Source: a virus
Lineage: Duplodnaviria; Caudoviricetes
Direction: 5' to 3' (one strand)
DNA: 64,000 nt
IMG/VR virus record: IMGVR_UViG_3300032007_000023
Span: 101,420-165,419 of that record
Made by a program: the position numbers and the translations under genes. The notes beneath the pieces were generated by a model. It saw nothing but the letters and a program-made list of their open reading frames with translations. It was not told where the DNA came from and did no database searches. Each line of letters begins with the position of its first letter. Position 1 is the first letter of the stretch. Below are positions 30,908 through 40,464 of this stretch, in pieces.

Positions 30908-32287
30908 ATGGCTTATACTAATTCACCTTTGGCTGTATACACAAGAATTTCACCAAACAGAAATTCTCCTCGTAATATGCCAATTACAAAAATAACTGTA
31001 CACCACATTGCAGGTGTTTGTTCTCTTGAGCAGTTTGGTAACATTGTTGCTAATCCTGCAAGACAGATGTCTGCAAACTATGCAATCGGAAATGACGGTC
31101 GTATAGGTTTATTCTGTCCCGAGGCAGATAGATCATGGTGTTCGTCTTCACCATGGAATGATCATCAGGCTATCACAATAGAAGTATCCAACTGTGAATA
31201 TGGTGACGTAGATACTGATGGTGATGGTTATGCTTGGTCTATCGGTCCTGCAGCATACAATTCTCTCATAGAACTCTGCGTTGATATCTGTAAGAGAAAT
31301 GGTATTAAGAAACTTGAATTTACTGGTGATAAAAATGGTTCTCTGACATATCACTATATGTTTGCTGCAACTGGATGCCCAGGTCCTTGGATGAAAGCTC
31401 ACACTCAGGATCTGTGTGACAAGGTCAATAGTAGACTTGGTGCATCTACATCAACACCTCTTGGCCTTTATACTGTTAAGCTTAATACTGGTACTCCGAT
31501 ATATGATACTCCCGATGGAGCTATTGTTGGAGAAATCTCCGCATCAACAAAGTACACCATCGTAGAAGAAAAATCTATTGATGGATATAAGTATGGTAAA
31601 CTCAAGAGTGGTGCTGGTTGGGTTATTCTTGAAAAGCCTGAAGAGAAACCTTCTGCTCCTGTAGGAAAGGAAGTTTCATATACTGTATCTCTTGATGCAA
31701 GTGATACATTGTATGACGGTCCTAATGGTTCAAAGAAAGGTACTGTTGGAACGACGGGTGTATTCACTATAGTTGAAGAACTTGTCGTTGATGGTACTAA
31801 GTATGGAAAGCTTAAGAGTGGAGTCGGTTGGGTTGTTGTAAAAGAAAAACCCGCTCCTGCACCAGCTCCAGCACAGACAGCTGGATTCAAAGTTGGTGAT
31901 CTTGTAAAGATCAACATGGGTGCTGTATATTATAACGGTGCTTCTATACCTGACTGGGTTAAACAGGATCGTTGGTACATTTCTTACATTTCTGGAAACA
32001 GAGCTGTTCTTGGTGAGAATGAAGCTCGTAATAGAAATATTCAGTCACCTGTTAATACTATATTCTTGAATAAGGTATCTGGTGGATCAACAAGTTCATC
32101 ATCACAGATCAATGTTGGTGACTGGGTAAAGGTGACTAACAATATCATCTATGGAACAAACTCAAAATTCGTTATGTTTGTACCGAAGTATAAGGTTCTT
32201 GAACTTAACGGTGACAGAGCTGTTATATCTTCAGACGGTAGAAATGTAACAACTGCTATATCCGTTAAAAATATCCAAAAAATATGA
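30908..32287 (+). CDS. Endolysin, N-acetylmuramoyl-L-alanine amidase (Amidase_2) with SH3-like cell-wall-binding repeats
   Basis: ITVHHIAG, SANYAIG, AITIEV, TYHYMFAATGCPG zinc-amidase motifs; two YGKLKSGxGW repeats and two VGDxVK modules. Confidence 0.9.
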   Translation: MAYTNSPLAVYTRISPNRNSPRNMPITKITVHHIAGVCSLEQFGNIVANPARQMSANYAIGNDGRIGLFCPEADRSWCSSSPWNDHQAITIEVSNCEYGDVDTDGDGYAWSIGPAAYNSLIELCVDICKRNGIKKLEFTGDKNGSLTYHYMFAATGCPGPWMKAHTQDLCDKVNSRLGASTSTPLGLYTVKLNTGTPIYDTPDGAIVGEISASTKYTIVEEKSIDGYKYGKLKSGAGWVILEKPEEKPSAPVGKEVSYTVSLDASDTLYDGPNGSKKGTVGTTGVFTIVEELVVDGTKYGKLKSGVGWVVVKEKPAPAPAPAQTAGFKVGDLVKINMGAVYYNGASIPDWVKQDRWYISYISGNRAVLGENEARNRNIQSPVNTIFLNKVSGGSTSSSSQINVGDWVKVTNNIIYGTNSKFVMFVPKYKVLELNGDRAVISSDGRNVTTAISVKNIQKI

Positions 32288-32298
32288 GGTGAAAAGTA

Positions 32299-32964
32299 AT
32301 GAATGTTAATGAAGTAATTGAAAAGATCAACGATGTTGACATAGCTCAGACAGAATCGGTTATTTCCGTAAACAATGCTATTGACGCTCGTGAGGCTAAG
32401 ATGAAATCTATTGCTGAATCTTTTGATGGTTCTGACATGGCAGTTTTTGCTGCATCATCAGTAGTTCAGGAAGGTGTAGATACTTCTAAGCTTCATGTTC
32501 TTCACAACCACAACGAAAAGGTTCGTGGTAAGATCGATCTTAAGATCGAGGAACTTACAAAGACTTGGGATGCTCACAATGCAAAGATCAAGGAACTCCG
32601 TGAGAAGCAGAACAAGTTAAACGATGAGATCATCAAGATCGCTAAGTCTGCTGATGATGGTAATGCTTCTGAACTCAGACAGAAACTCGATACTCAACGT
32701 AAAGAGTATGATGCTGTCACAAAGGAGATAGCTGAAGAGCAGAAAACAATGCTCGCAATCGACAAGCAGATTCGTAATGATTACGATAAGCTTTATTCTC
32801 GTCTTGTTAAGTTCCCCACAGGTTCTGCTACAAAGAACACTGAAAAGAAGTCTGACGAGAAATGGCGTCCAGGTCTCAACAAGGCTTATGAGAATGAAAC
32901 CCGCACCAAGAAAGAACTTGAAGAGAGTGAAAACGATAAGTCCGAGAAAGACGAAAAGAAGTAA
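32299..32964 (+). CDS. Coiled-coil internal head protein with shared propeptide
   Basis: EVIEKINDVD...VVQE|G leader followed by a long coiled coil. Confidence 0.6.
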   Translation: MNVNEVIEKINDVDIAQTESVISVNNAIDAREAKMKSIAESFDGSDMAVFAASSVVQEGVDTSKLHVLHNHNEKVRGKIDLKIEELTKTWDAHNAKIKELREKQNKLNDEIIKIAKSADDGNASELRQKLDTQRKEYDAVTKEIAEEQKTMLAIDKQIRNDYDKLYSRLVKFPTGSATKNTEKKSDEKWRPGLNKAYENETRTKKELEESENDKSEKDEKK

Positions 32965-32971
32965 TACCGTT

Positions 32972-33007
32972 ATTATTATACCGGGGAATTATCCCCGGTA
33001 TAATAAT
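32972..33007. terminator. Hairpin terminator
   Basis: ATTATTATACCGGGGA-ATTA-TCCCCGGTATAATAAT, 16-bp perfect stem. Confidence 0.75.
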
Positions 33008-33018
33008 CTTTTAAAAGG

Positions 33019-33846
33019 ATGATTCAAATGAATAATTCAATAAGAGAATCTATTGCAAATATTAATTACTACATCGATGATACTCGTCAACGTGTAAGTG
33101 ATACAATGTTTGCTTTAGAACAAAAAGAACTCATAATGGAAAGTTATTACGACGATCCATTATTCTTACAGAGAGATGTATTAAACATATATGATGACAT
33201 AGATGTATTTGTAGAAGCATTTGCTGATTATGACTTCATTAATCATAATTCCAATCAAGGTGAAAATAACCTGGCTTTTGCAAAAGCATTGTGTAGAATC
33301 ATTGAGGCTTCTGATGATTACCATAAGAAGACTATTGCCGCTGGTAGATCCATCGGTAGTATTCAGCTTAAGGGTAAAGAAAATAACAATACTCTGAAAT
33401 ATGAGATGCTTGGTCAACTCGTAAAGGAGTATGCTACATTACATCCTAATTATGCAACACTAACAGTTGTTTCAGATGATTTAGGAAAAGATCCTAAATC
33501 CGGAAACCCATCACTTGTTGTATTTGTCAAAATGATATTTGACAATGAAGAGTATTGGGTATGTTGGCATGTAATGGATCCAAACAATACCAAGCAAGCA
33601 AATCATAAACAGAAGAATCCTAAACTCAAAACACGTATGAAATCATATGATGTTCTTAAGAGTTATAATCACCCTTCTTTCAAGAAGCTTGTAAAAAATA
33701 ATAACACCGATGATACGAGCGAATATCTAAATCTTGAAAGAGAATATAAAAACGTACCATTTGATCACAGAGGTGATGCAACACATACTATGTTGATCAA
33801 TAAGTTTAATATCGCTAAAAATGCAAAAAATACAACCGGGGCGTGA
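33019..33846 (+). CDS. Hypothetical protein with divergent propeptide
   Basis: ESIANINYYID...KELIME|S...FVE|A leader; unrelated C-terminal domain. Confidence 0.6.
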   Translation: MIQMNNSIRESIANINYYIDDTRQRVSDTMFALEQKELIMESYYDDPLFLQRDVLNIYDDIDVFVEAFADYDFINHNSNQGENNLAFAKALCRIIEASDDYHKKTIAAGRSIGSIQLKGKENNNTLKYEMLGQLVKEYATLHPNYATLTVVSDDLGKDPKSGNPSLVVFVKMIFDNEEYWVCWHVMDPNNTKQANHKQKNPKLKTRMKSYDVLKSYNHPSFKKLVKNNNTDDTSEYLNLEREYKNVPFDHRGDATHTMLINKFNIAKNAKNTTGA

Positions 33847-33854
33847 AGCCCCGG
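33836..33854. terminator. Bidirectional hairpin terminator
   Basis: CCGGGGC-GTGAA-GCCCCGG between convergent genes. Confidence 0.7.
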
Positions 33855-33859
33855 CCACT

Positions 33860-34330
33860 TTATAATTCTTTTTCTCTGTAATACTCGAAGCCGTATATTG
33901 TATATAATAACTTCTTTGCATCTTTTAAGGACGGAATCTGTACATCAAAAGCTTTGAGAATTTTCTCAATATCTTTGAAAGTCATCCAGCCTGTTTCTTT
34001 AATCAGATTTTCGTCGCTGTTTATATGACAGAGAATTTCTTTATCATACATTTCAACAATGCCGTCAAAATGTATATTTGTTTTTATGAAATACTCTCTA
34101 AAGTACTTTGCTTCTGCAGAATAAACTTTTCTATCACCGGTGAGTTTTCTTATCTGTTTATTTCCACATATTAGATCAATAAGTGACGAAATGGTGACAT
34201 ACTCATTTGCTATTATTTTGAAGCAACCTCGTTGCTTATCAATGACTATGTCTGTTTTTATGTCTGGCATTTCTTCGTTATTGATGTCGATGAATCTGAC
34301 TGATTGCCTTATTACGCGTCTCATACTCAT
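33860..34330 (-). CDS. Hypothetical protein
   Basis: 156 aa, ATGA overlap with the upstream gene. Confidence 0.7.
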   Translation of the reverse strand: MSMRRVIRQSVRFIDINNEEMPDIKTDIVIDKQRGCFKIIANEYVTISSLIDLICGNKQIRKLTGDRKVYSAEAKYFREYFIKTNIHFDGIVEMYDKEILCHINSDENLIKETGWMTFKDIEKILKAFDVQIPSLKDAKKLLYTIYGFEYYREKEL

Positions 34331-34527
34331 CTTTCCTTTCTACTGAGCAATCTACCAATAACAGATATTGGCAGTGTGATGATAAACAATGTAATTGTTG
34401 CCAATAGTGTTGGTATAAGATAGATGGCTGTTATGATTGATGCCATTGATTCCAACGCTCTGTTTTGTGTCGCTATGGCACCAATGACAACGATTATAGC
34501 CATGACCATTAAGCACGTATAAATCAT
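34327..34527 (-). CDS. Small two-TM membrane protein
   Basis: 66 aa hydrophobic ORF, AGGAGG RBS, downstream of a TATATTAT motif. Confidence 0.7.
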   Translation of the reverse strand: MIYTCLMVMAIIVVIGAIATQNRALESMASIITAIYLIPTLLATITLFIITLPISVIGRLLSRKER

Positions 34528-34591
34528 AATGATTCCTCCTTATTGGTGAGAGAGTTGAATAAGACGTATTTCTTATTCTTTTCTCATATTA

Positions 34592-34602
34592 ATAATATAT
34601 AT
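34592..34602 (-). promoter_or_regulatory. Putative early promoter (ATAYATATTAT)
   Basis: Motif recurs upstream of six non-structural gene blocks and resembles the phiKZ early TATATTAC element. Confidence 0.6.
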
Positions 34603-34862
34603 ATGAAGATTATGAATACCGGGTTTCCCCGGTATATAAAAGTGAATATTCTCTGGGTTTCTCTTCCTATTCTCTCTATCCAGAGAATAAAAATTATCGC
34701 GAAGTTTCTCCGATTTTATATTTCTATAATAAATCAAACCAGTAATATTGAGGGAACCACATAAATTTGGTTCCCTCAAACTCCCTCCAGAATCGAATTT
34801 AAGAAATTGGATCTCACTTCGTTCAATCACAATTTCTTAATTCTCTTTTTGATTTCAAAAAG

Positions 34863-34872
34863 CATATATTAT
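34863..34872 (+). promoter_or_regulatory. Putative early promoter upstream of DNA polymerase
   Basis: CATATATTAT about 60 nt before the ATG. Confidence 0.55.
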
Positions 34873-34932
34873 TCTTTCGGAATGGAGGTACAGTAAACAA
34901 ACAATTCTTCAAAATAAAAGGAGGATAAATAA

Positions 34933-36729
34933 ATGCAATTAAAAGAATTAGATTATCCTGAAGGAAGTATTCTATTTGATGTAAGATATTACAGAAAACC
35001 TGAATGCTTTGAAGTAATCTATCTTGATCCGATAACACATCAGCTTGAAGTTAAATATGAAGATCCTATAGTTGATATTTGGTTTCTTAAAGAAGAATAT
35101 CGAACTAACCAGTATCAGATTTCTCAAGCTGAAATAGACAAGTGTTATCCGGTATATTGTAAAGTATCGCAAATACCACAAGCAATTGCGATCAATATTG
35201 GAGGTGACTATAAGAAATACTTTGATGAAAATTCAGCTACGATGGATCGTCGTGAACTAACTGATTACATGAACAGATGTCCTTGGGTTTTCAAATCAGA
35301 CTTTGTACCTGATGTCTACTTTAGACTCAGGTGGTTGCAGAAATATGGTGACCAAATAGATGTATCTAAGGTCACATATGGTTTCCTTGATATAGAGACT
35401 GATGTAATTGACAAGACTATTGATCCAAAAGATATCACTGATGTAACTCAACCTGTTAATGCAGTAACACTAATTTTGCCGCATGTAAAAATATGTGCGG
35501 TATTAATACTTGGACCAAGACCTAAACACAAAATACATCCTAAGTTCCATATGTTATTGGATAAACAGAAAGTGGAATTTGATTGGATGGTTAATCATCA
35601 AGATGAATTCAAAAAGATGATTGTTGATGATGATCCAGACAATAAGAAATATCTTGAAGGATTTGATATTCGATTACACATATTTGATTTCTGTGATGAA
35701 ATTAAATTGATCAAGACTGTCTTTGATTATATCAATAAATATCGTCCTATGTTTATGACATCTTGGAATGCTAAGTTTGATGATAATTATCTGATGAATC
35801 GTATTGCATATCTTGGTTATGATCCGAAGGATTTCTTCATACCTAAAGAATTCAAGACAGATCAGTTATATTATACTGAAGATCATACAAATAGCTTCTC
35901 TTTGAAGAATGCTCGAGATTGGTTCCATTCATCAACTTATACAATCTATATCTGTCAAATGAAACTGTTTGCAATGATAAGAAAATCACAATCAGAACGA
36001 CGGAGTTATGGATTGTCAGCCGTAGGTAAAGATGTAGCTGGAATAGATAAGTTGACTCAAACTAAATCGGGATCCTTCAGACAGTTTGCATATACGGACT
36101 TCTTGAAGTTCATATTATATAACGTCAGAGACGTTGTTGTTCAGTATGCAATTGAGTTAGCATCAGCAGACTTCCAATCATTAGTAGGTCGATCCTACAT
36201 GTTTGCTACTCAGTATGCTAAGTGTTTCCAAGAAACTCATATCGTTCGTAACATCAGAGAATTCATCTTTGAGGAAGAAGGATTTGTTCAGGCCAACAAA
36301 CTTATAGTTGATCCGAATATTGATACTGCATTTAAGGGAGCATTTGTTGCACCAACAGTTCATAATGCACCTACAGGATTAATATTGAATGGAAAACGCA
36401 TAAACAACATAATGTTCGGAGTACTTGATGCTGATGCGGCTTCATATTATCCATCAACTAAGATGGCTATGAATATGGATCCGATGTCATTGTTGTATAA
36501 ATGCAAAATCAACAATCAAGTATTTGTGAATAATTGTGTTAATCATTCATTCAATCAAGAATACATATGGCATGATTCAAAGAATAAACCTCATGATGAA
36601 GACATGACAGGTCCGATAATAAATTCATATAAGAACGGAAATGAAATGTCTTTGATGTATAACTGGTTTAATGAACCTTCTGTTTCGGATATATTCGAAC
36701 AGCTTGATGCAATGCTTATAAAGAATTAA
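34933..36729 (+). CDS. Family B DNA polymerase, N-terminal subunit of a split enzyme (3'-5' exonuclease plus motif A)
   Basis: ExoI LDIETD, ExoII WNAKFD, ExoIII YNVRD, FKGAFV and motif A DADAASYYPS; ends before motifs B and C. Confidence 0.85.
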   Translation: MQLKELDYPEGSILFDVRYYRKPECFEVIYLDPITHQLEVKYEDPIVDIWFLKEEYRTNQYQISQAEIDKCYPVYCKVSQIPQAIAINIGGDYKKYFDENSATMDRRELTDYMNRCPWVFKSDFVPDVYFRLRWLQKYGDQIDVSKVTYGFLDIETDVIDKTIDPKDITDVTQPVNAVTLILPHVKICAVLILGPRPKHKIHPKFHMLLDKQKVEFDWMVNHQDEFKKMIVDDDPDNKKYLEGFDIRLHIFDFCDEIKLIKTVFDYINKYRPMFMTSWNAKFDDNYLMNRIAYLGYDPKDFFIPKEFKTDQLYYTEDHTNSFSLKNARDWFHSSTYTIYICQMKLFAMIRKSQSERRSYGLSAVGKDVAGIDKLTQTKSGSFRQFAYTDFLKFILYNVRDVVVQYAIELASADFQSLVGRSYMFATQYAKCFQETHIVRNIREFIFEEEGFVQANKLIVDPNIDTAFKGAFVAPTVHNAPTGLILNGKRINNIMFGVLDADAASYYPSTKMAMNMDPMSLLYKCKINNQVFVNNCVNHSFNQEYIWHDSKNKPHDEDMTGPIINSYKNGNEMSLMYNWFNEPSVSDIFEQLDAMLIKN

Positions 36730-36746
36730 GAGGAGGATAAATTAAA

Positions 36747-39038
36747 ATGGTTAAAAACAAATATGGAGATGAAAACATTCCAGACATTGATCTTGGACCT
36801 CTTGCTGTAAGATACATGTGTCTGTTTGGTGTTAACATTAATCTTCAGAGAGCCATACCAATGGTTCAGGATGGACTTAAACCTGTTCAGAGAAGATTCT
36901 TGTATCAGATGTATCGTCTCTATAGAAACACCAAAGTCCGTGTAAATGTTGTACAGGGTGATCTTATGAAGCTTCACCCTCATGGTGACCAAGGTATTGG
37001 TGATACCATAGCAAGAATGTGTCAAACATTTACAAACAATATTCCACTTGTAGAAGCGTTAGGTAATGCAGGTAACGTAACTTCAGGTGATGATGCTGCG
37101 GCTCCAAGATATCTTGATATTGAACTTCCTAAGTTTACTCTCGATACAATGTTTGATGAATTTGATGGTAAGGTATCGATGAAGCCTTCTTATGATGACA
37201 CAACAACAGAACCTTTCTGTCTTCCTGCAAAGTTTCCGTTGATACTTGTCAATGGTACTGCGGGTATAGGATATACTTTATCATCAGAAGTTCCACCTTT
37301 CAATCTGTCGGAAGTAGCTGATGCAACTATTAAGCTTCTTAAGAATCCTGATGCTAAGATAAGACTTGTTCCTGATTTACCAACAGGATGTGACATCATT
37401 GTTATCAATCCTGATACATTTGTTATGCAGTCTACATTTGAACTTGACATGGCTAACTATGTAATCACTATCAAGAATACCCCATATCTTAAGTATCTTG
37501 AAAAGATCGACAGTGATCTCAGATTACTTCAGGATGGTCCTAATAAGATACATGAGATACTTACTGCTGAAGATGAATCAGATCTTCTTGCTGGTGATTT
37601 CAGATATGTCATCAGATGTGCTCCGTGTAATCTGTATAAGATCGTCGATAAATTATTCAAGAGAGTATCTGGATTCCGTGATAGTATTTCTACAAGAAAT
37701 ATGGTTGTTGTTGATACTGACTTTACGACCAAGAAATATAATACACGTCAGATACTTTGTTCATGGATTCAGTTCCGTCTTGCATATAAGCGTGGTTGGT
37801 TCTTGAGAGAACTTGTTGACAAGACAACAGAGTATGATATGCTTAAAGGTAAACTCTATATGTTATCTTCAAAGAATATTGATAAAACTATAAAGATATT
37901 CAAAGCATGTAAGAGTAGAGATGAAATAATTCCTGCTCTTGTAAAAGCATATGCAAATGATGATTTTAAGGTAACTTCATCACAAGCTAACTATATCGCT
38001 GAACTTAGAATGTGGCAATTAACTGCAGCAGAACATGATAAGACACAGAAGCAGATAGATAAGCTCAAGGAAGAGATAACATATATCAGAGAGGTTGTTA
38101 ATGATCCTGAGAAGATTCGTGATGTAATCATTGAAGAGATCAAAGCTGTAAAGGATAAATATGGATATCCCCGTCGTTCAAAGATATTGAATAATGGAAA
38201 TAACGATAATGTCAATGTTGGTATTGTTCAGATATTGACTGATGGTGGTATCGTATTTGCAGAGACTGAGAATCCCGAACATCTTTCTTCTGATATAACT
38301 CCTATAACTGGTGATGAGGTTTGCTTGATTGATGAGTTCGGTGGATTCATTAAGGTGAACACAAGCAAGGTTCCTCATGATAAGCCGATGACACTTACTT
38401 CAATCGGTAAGAATGTTATGGGTAAATGTGTTGCTGCTGTATCTAATGCGGCTAATAACATTATCATGTTAACCAATAAGGGAAGAATCAAGTATATGCC
38501 GATTGAGCGTATACCTTCTAATGCAACAAGAAAACCGTTGATACCGATAGGTGAAGATGAGCATATTGTATCCGTATTAGAAGTACCTGATACAACAACA
38601 TCTGACATTCTTGTGTATACAAATGATGGACTTGGAAAGCGTTTCCACACGACTGATCTCAACAAGGTTATGTCTGTTGATTCCGCAGGTCAGTTCATTC
38701 TGAATGGTTATGATGTTGCGGGTATGTTCTGTATCAATCCTAAGAAACCTTTCTTGGCATATGTTACAAGACTTGGTCGTATCAGAATTAATCATTCCAA
38801 GTTCTTGATAACAGGAAAGAAGTTTGCTGATCCTAAACCGATCATAACACTTACACCACAGGATGATCTCATAGCCGTATTCTGTGTTGATAAGGGACAG
38901 TCAATCATTATGAACCATGCAGATACAAGAGTATCAACAGTTCATATTGATACACTTCCTGTATCTACAATGTCATTACCTCCAGAGAGACCTAAACATG
39001 TTCCCGGTGTTAAGGTCATCAGAGCAACAATATCATGA
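36747..39038 (+). CDS. Type IIA DNA topoisomerase subunit A (GyrA/ParC-like)
   Basis: DGLKPVQRR, HPHGD, AAAPRY (catalytic Tyr), P-x-ILVNGTAGIG, C-terminal beta-propeller-like repeats. Confidence 0.92.
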   Translation: MVKNKYGDENIPDIDLGPLAVRYMCLFGVNINLQRAIPMVQDGLKPVQRRFLYQMYRLYRNTKVRVNVVQGDLMKLHPHGDQGIGDTIARMCQTFTNNIPLVEALGNAGNVTSGDDAAAPRYLDIELPKFTLDTMFDEFDGKVSMKPSYDDTTTEPFCLPAKFPLILVNGTAGIGYTLSSEVPPFNLSEVADATIKLLKNPDAKIRLVPDLPTGCDIIVINPDTFVMQSTFELDMANYVITIKNTPYLKYLEKIDSDLRLLQDGPNKIHEILTAEDESDLLAGDFRYVIRCAPCNLYKIVDKLFKRVSGFRDSISTRNMVVVDTDFTTKKYNTRQILCSWIQFRLAYKRGWFLRELVDKTTEYDMLKGKLYMLSSKNIDKTIKIFKACKSRDEIIPALVKAYANDDFKVTSSQANYIAELRMWQLTAAEHDKTQKQIDKLKEEITYIREVVNDPEKIRDVIIEEIKAVKDKYGYPRRSKILNNGNNDNVNVGIVQILTDGGIVFAETENPEHLSSDITPITGDEVCLIDEFGGFIKVNTSKVPHDKPMTLTSIGKNVMGKCVAAVSNAANNIIMLTNKGRIKYMPIERIPSNATRKPLIPIGEDEHIVSVLEVPDTTTSDILVYTNDGLGKRFHTTDLNKVMSVDSAGQFILNGYDVAGMFCINPKKPFLAYVTRLGRIRINHSKFLITGKKFADPKPIITLTPQDDLIAVFCVDKGQSIIMNHADTRVSTVHIDTLPVSTMSLPPERPKHVPGVKVIRATIS

Positions 39039-39045
39039 TTAAAAG

Positions 39046-39071
39046 TATCCCGGGGGATTAACCCCGGGATA
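39046..39071. terminator. Hairpin terminator
   Basis: TATCCCGGGG-GATTAA-CCCCGGGATA. Confidence 0.75.
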
Positions 39072-39100
39072 TATAATTTATTTGCAAAGGAGAATGTGAA

Positions 39101-39841
39101 ATGATTGTTAAAGATGCTCTTAATTTAACAGAACAAATGATAGATTTATTCAAAGACGCTGTCAATAAGAAACTGGATGAATCTTCAGATATCATAACAC
39201 CTGAAATGAGAAAGAAGATAAAGATATTTGCTGTATCAAATTCTCTTCATTTTACTTCAACTCTGACGAGAGGTGTGAGTTACAATAAAAGATATTCAAG
39301 AAAAGCTCTTGTGAAAGCACATAAAAAATATAATACAGAATGGGAGTCTAAACCATATCTCACAAATGTCGAATTTGAAGTTGACGAGAATAATATAATG
39401 CATGTAACAAACATATACATTCTTATCAAATATGATGTTATCAATGATCAGATCATAACATCTCTTGATATGCTTGACACATTAAAAGAGATATACACCA
39501 TAGATGCTTCTCATGAAGTAGGTCACGTTCTTGACTTTATAGAGTTAATTGATGGAGCAAACTATGATGAAGTAAATGAGAAAGTCTTTATTCCTGATGA
39601 TAAAGCAACGAAAGATTATTATAAATGGAAAGAAGATCTCATTAAAGCAGAATATGAGTCAACAGGTACTATCAGTATAGATACAATGAAACTTACATCA
39701 CAAAAATACTATCGTTTACCAGCTGAAGCAAGAGCTGATATCATGGGTGGTGTTGATAGAGAAAGAGCCCTTGAAATTATATATGATAAACGTAAAGAAA
39801 ATGGCGAAACAGTTGACATAAATATTGAAGTTATCAAATAA
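39101..39841 (+). CDS. Putative zinc metallopeptidase-like protein
   Basis: ASHEVGH...PAEARADIMG (HExxH followed by ExxAD). Confidence 0.6.
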   Translation: MIVKDALNLTEQMIDLFKDAVNKKLDESSDIITPEMRKKIKIFAVSNSLHFTSTLTRGVSYNKRYSRKALVKAHKKYNTEWESKPYLTNVEFEVDENNIMHVTNIYILIKYDVINDQIITSLDMLDTLKEIYTIDASHEVGHVLDFIELIDGANYDEVNEKVFIPDDKATKDYYKWKEDLIKAEYESTGTISIDTMKLTSQKYYRLPAEARADIMGGVDRERALEIIYDKRKENGETVDINIEVIK

Positions 39842-39847
39842 TAAGGA

Positions 39848-40138
39848 GTGATTCTTATGAAAGACCTACCAAAAAAGAAGAAACACATTTTGGCATCATA
39901 TGTAAAAAAGAGCGAGATACCCGAAAAAGAGTTGGTTAATACTGATGACAAGACATTACATGTTCCTATAGGGGCAGATAAAGGGGTAAAGCGTACTGAA
40001 GAATTCTATTCATATTTTATCTATTCTGAAAAAGAGAATAAGATACGTGGTGGAATATATCTTACTGAAAATCAGGCATACCAACTTAATCAGTTAATGA
40101 AACGAGAAAAAGCCGACATTGCATTCATAAGGAGTTGA
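39848..40138 (+). CDS. Hypothetical protein
   Basis: 96-aa ORF in operon; true start may be the downstream ATG (MKDLP). Confidence 0.65.
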   Translation: MILMKDLPKKKKHILASYVKKSEIPEKELVNTDDKTLHVPIGADKGVKRTEEFYSYFIYSEKENKIRGGIYLTENQAYQLNQLMKREKADIAFIRS

Positions 40139-40142
40139 CATA

Positions 40143-40421
40143 ATGAATAAGAACCCTCGTCACTTAGGTATACTGCAAAAGATATACATATTCTGTGACA
40201 AATATAATCTATCACATGATTTTGCGGATGCTAAATTAATTATGTTAAATGGCATTCGCTCATTATGTTTAAAGAATAAACTCGAACAAAGAGTTGAAGA
40301 TGATGGGCAATTTATAAAGGTATCGGTATATTTTCTCGGTGAATTTATGTGTAATGGATTATTAACTCCTGCACAAATAAAGGATCTGTCTGATATAGGG
40401 TCTGAAATAAAGTTTAAATAA
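40143..40421 (+). CDS. Hypothetical protein
   Basis: 92 aa, AAGGAG RBS. Confidence 0.7.
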   Translation: MNKNPRHLGILQKIYIFCDKYNLSHDFADAKLIMLNGIRSLCLKNKLEQRVEDDGQFIKVSVYFLGEFMCNGLLTPAQIKDLSDIGSEIKFK

Positions 40422-40464
40422 CTTAATTGATAAAATTATGGAATAGAAAGGTGGTGATTATTTA

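Noticed and set aside
34543-35038. Short ORFs 34543..34764, 34573..34830 and 34823..35038
   Set aside because: No RBS; they overlap promoter motifs, hairpins or the polymerase gene.
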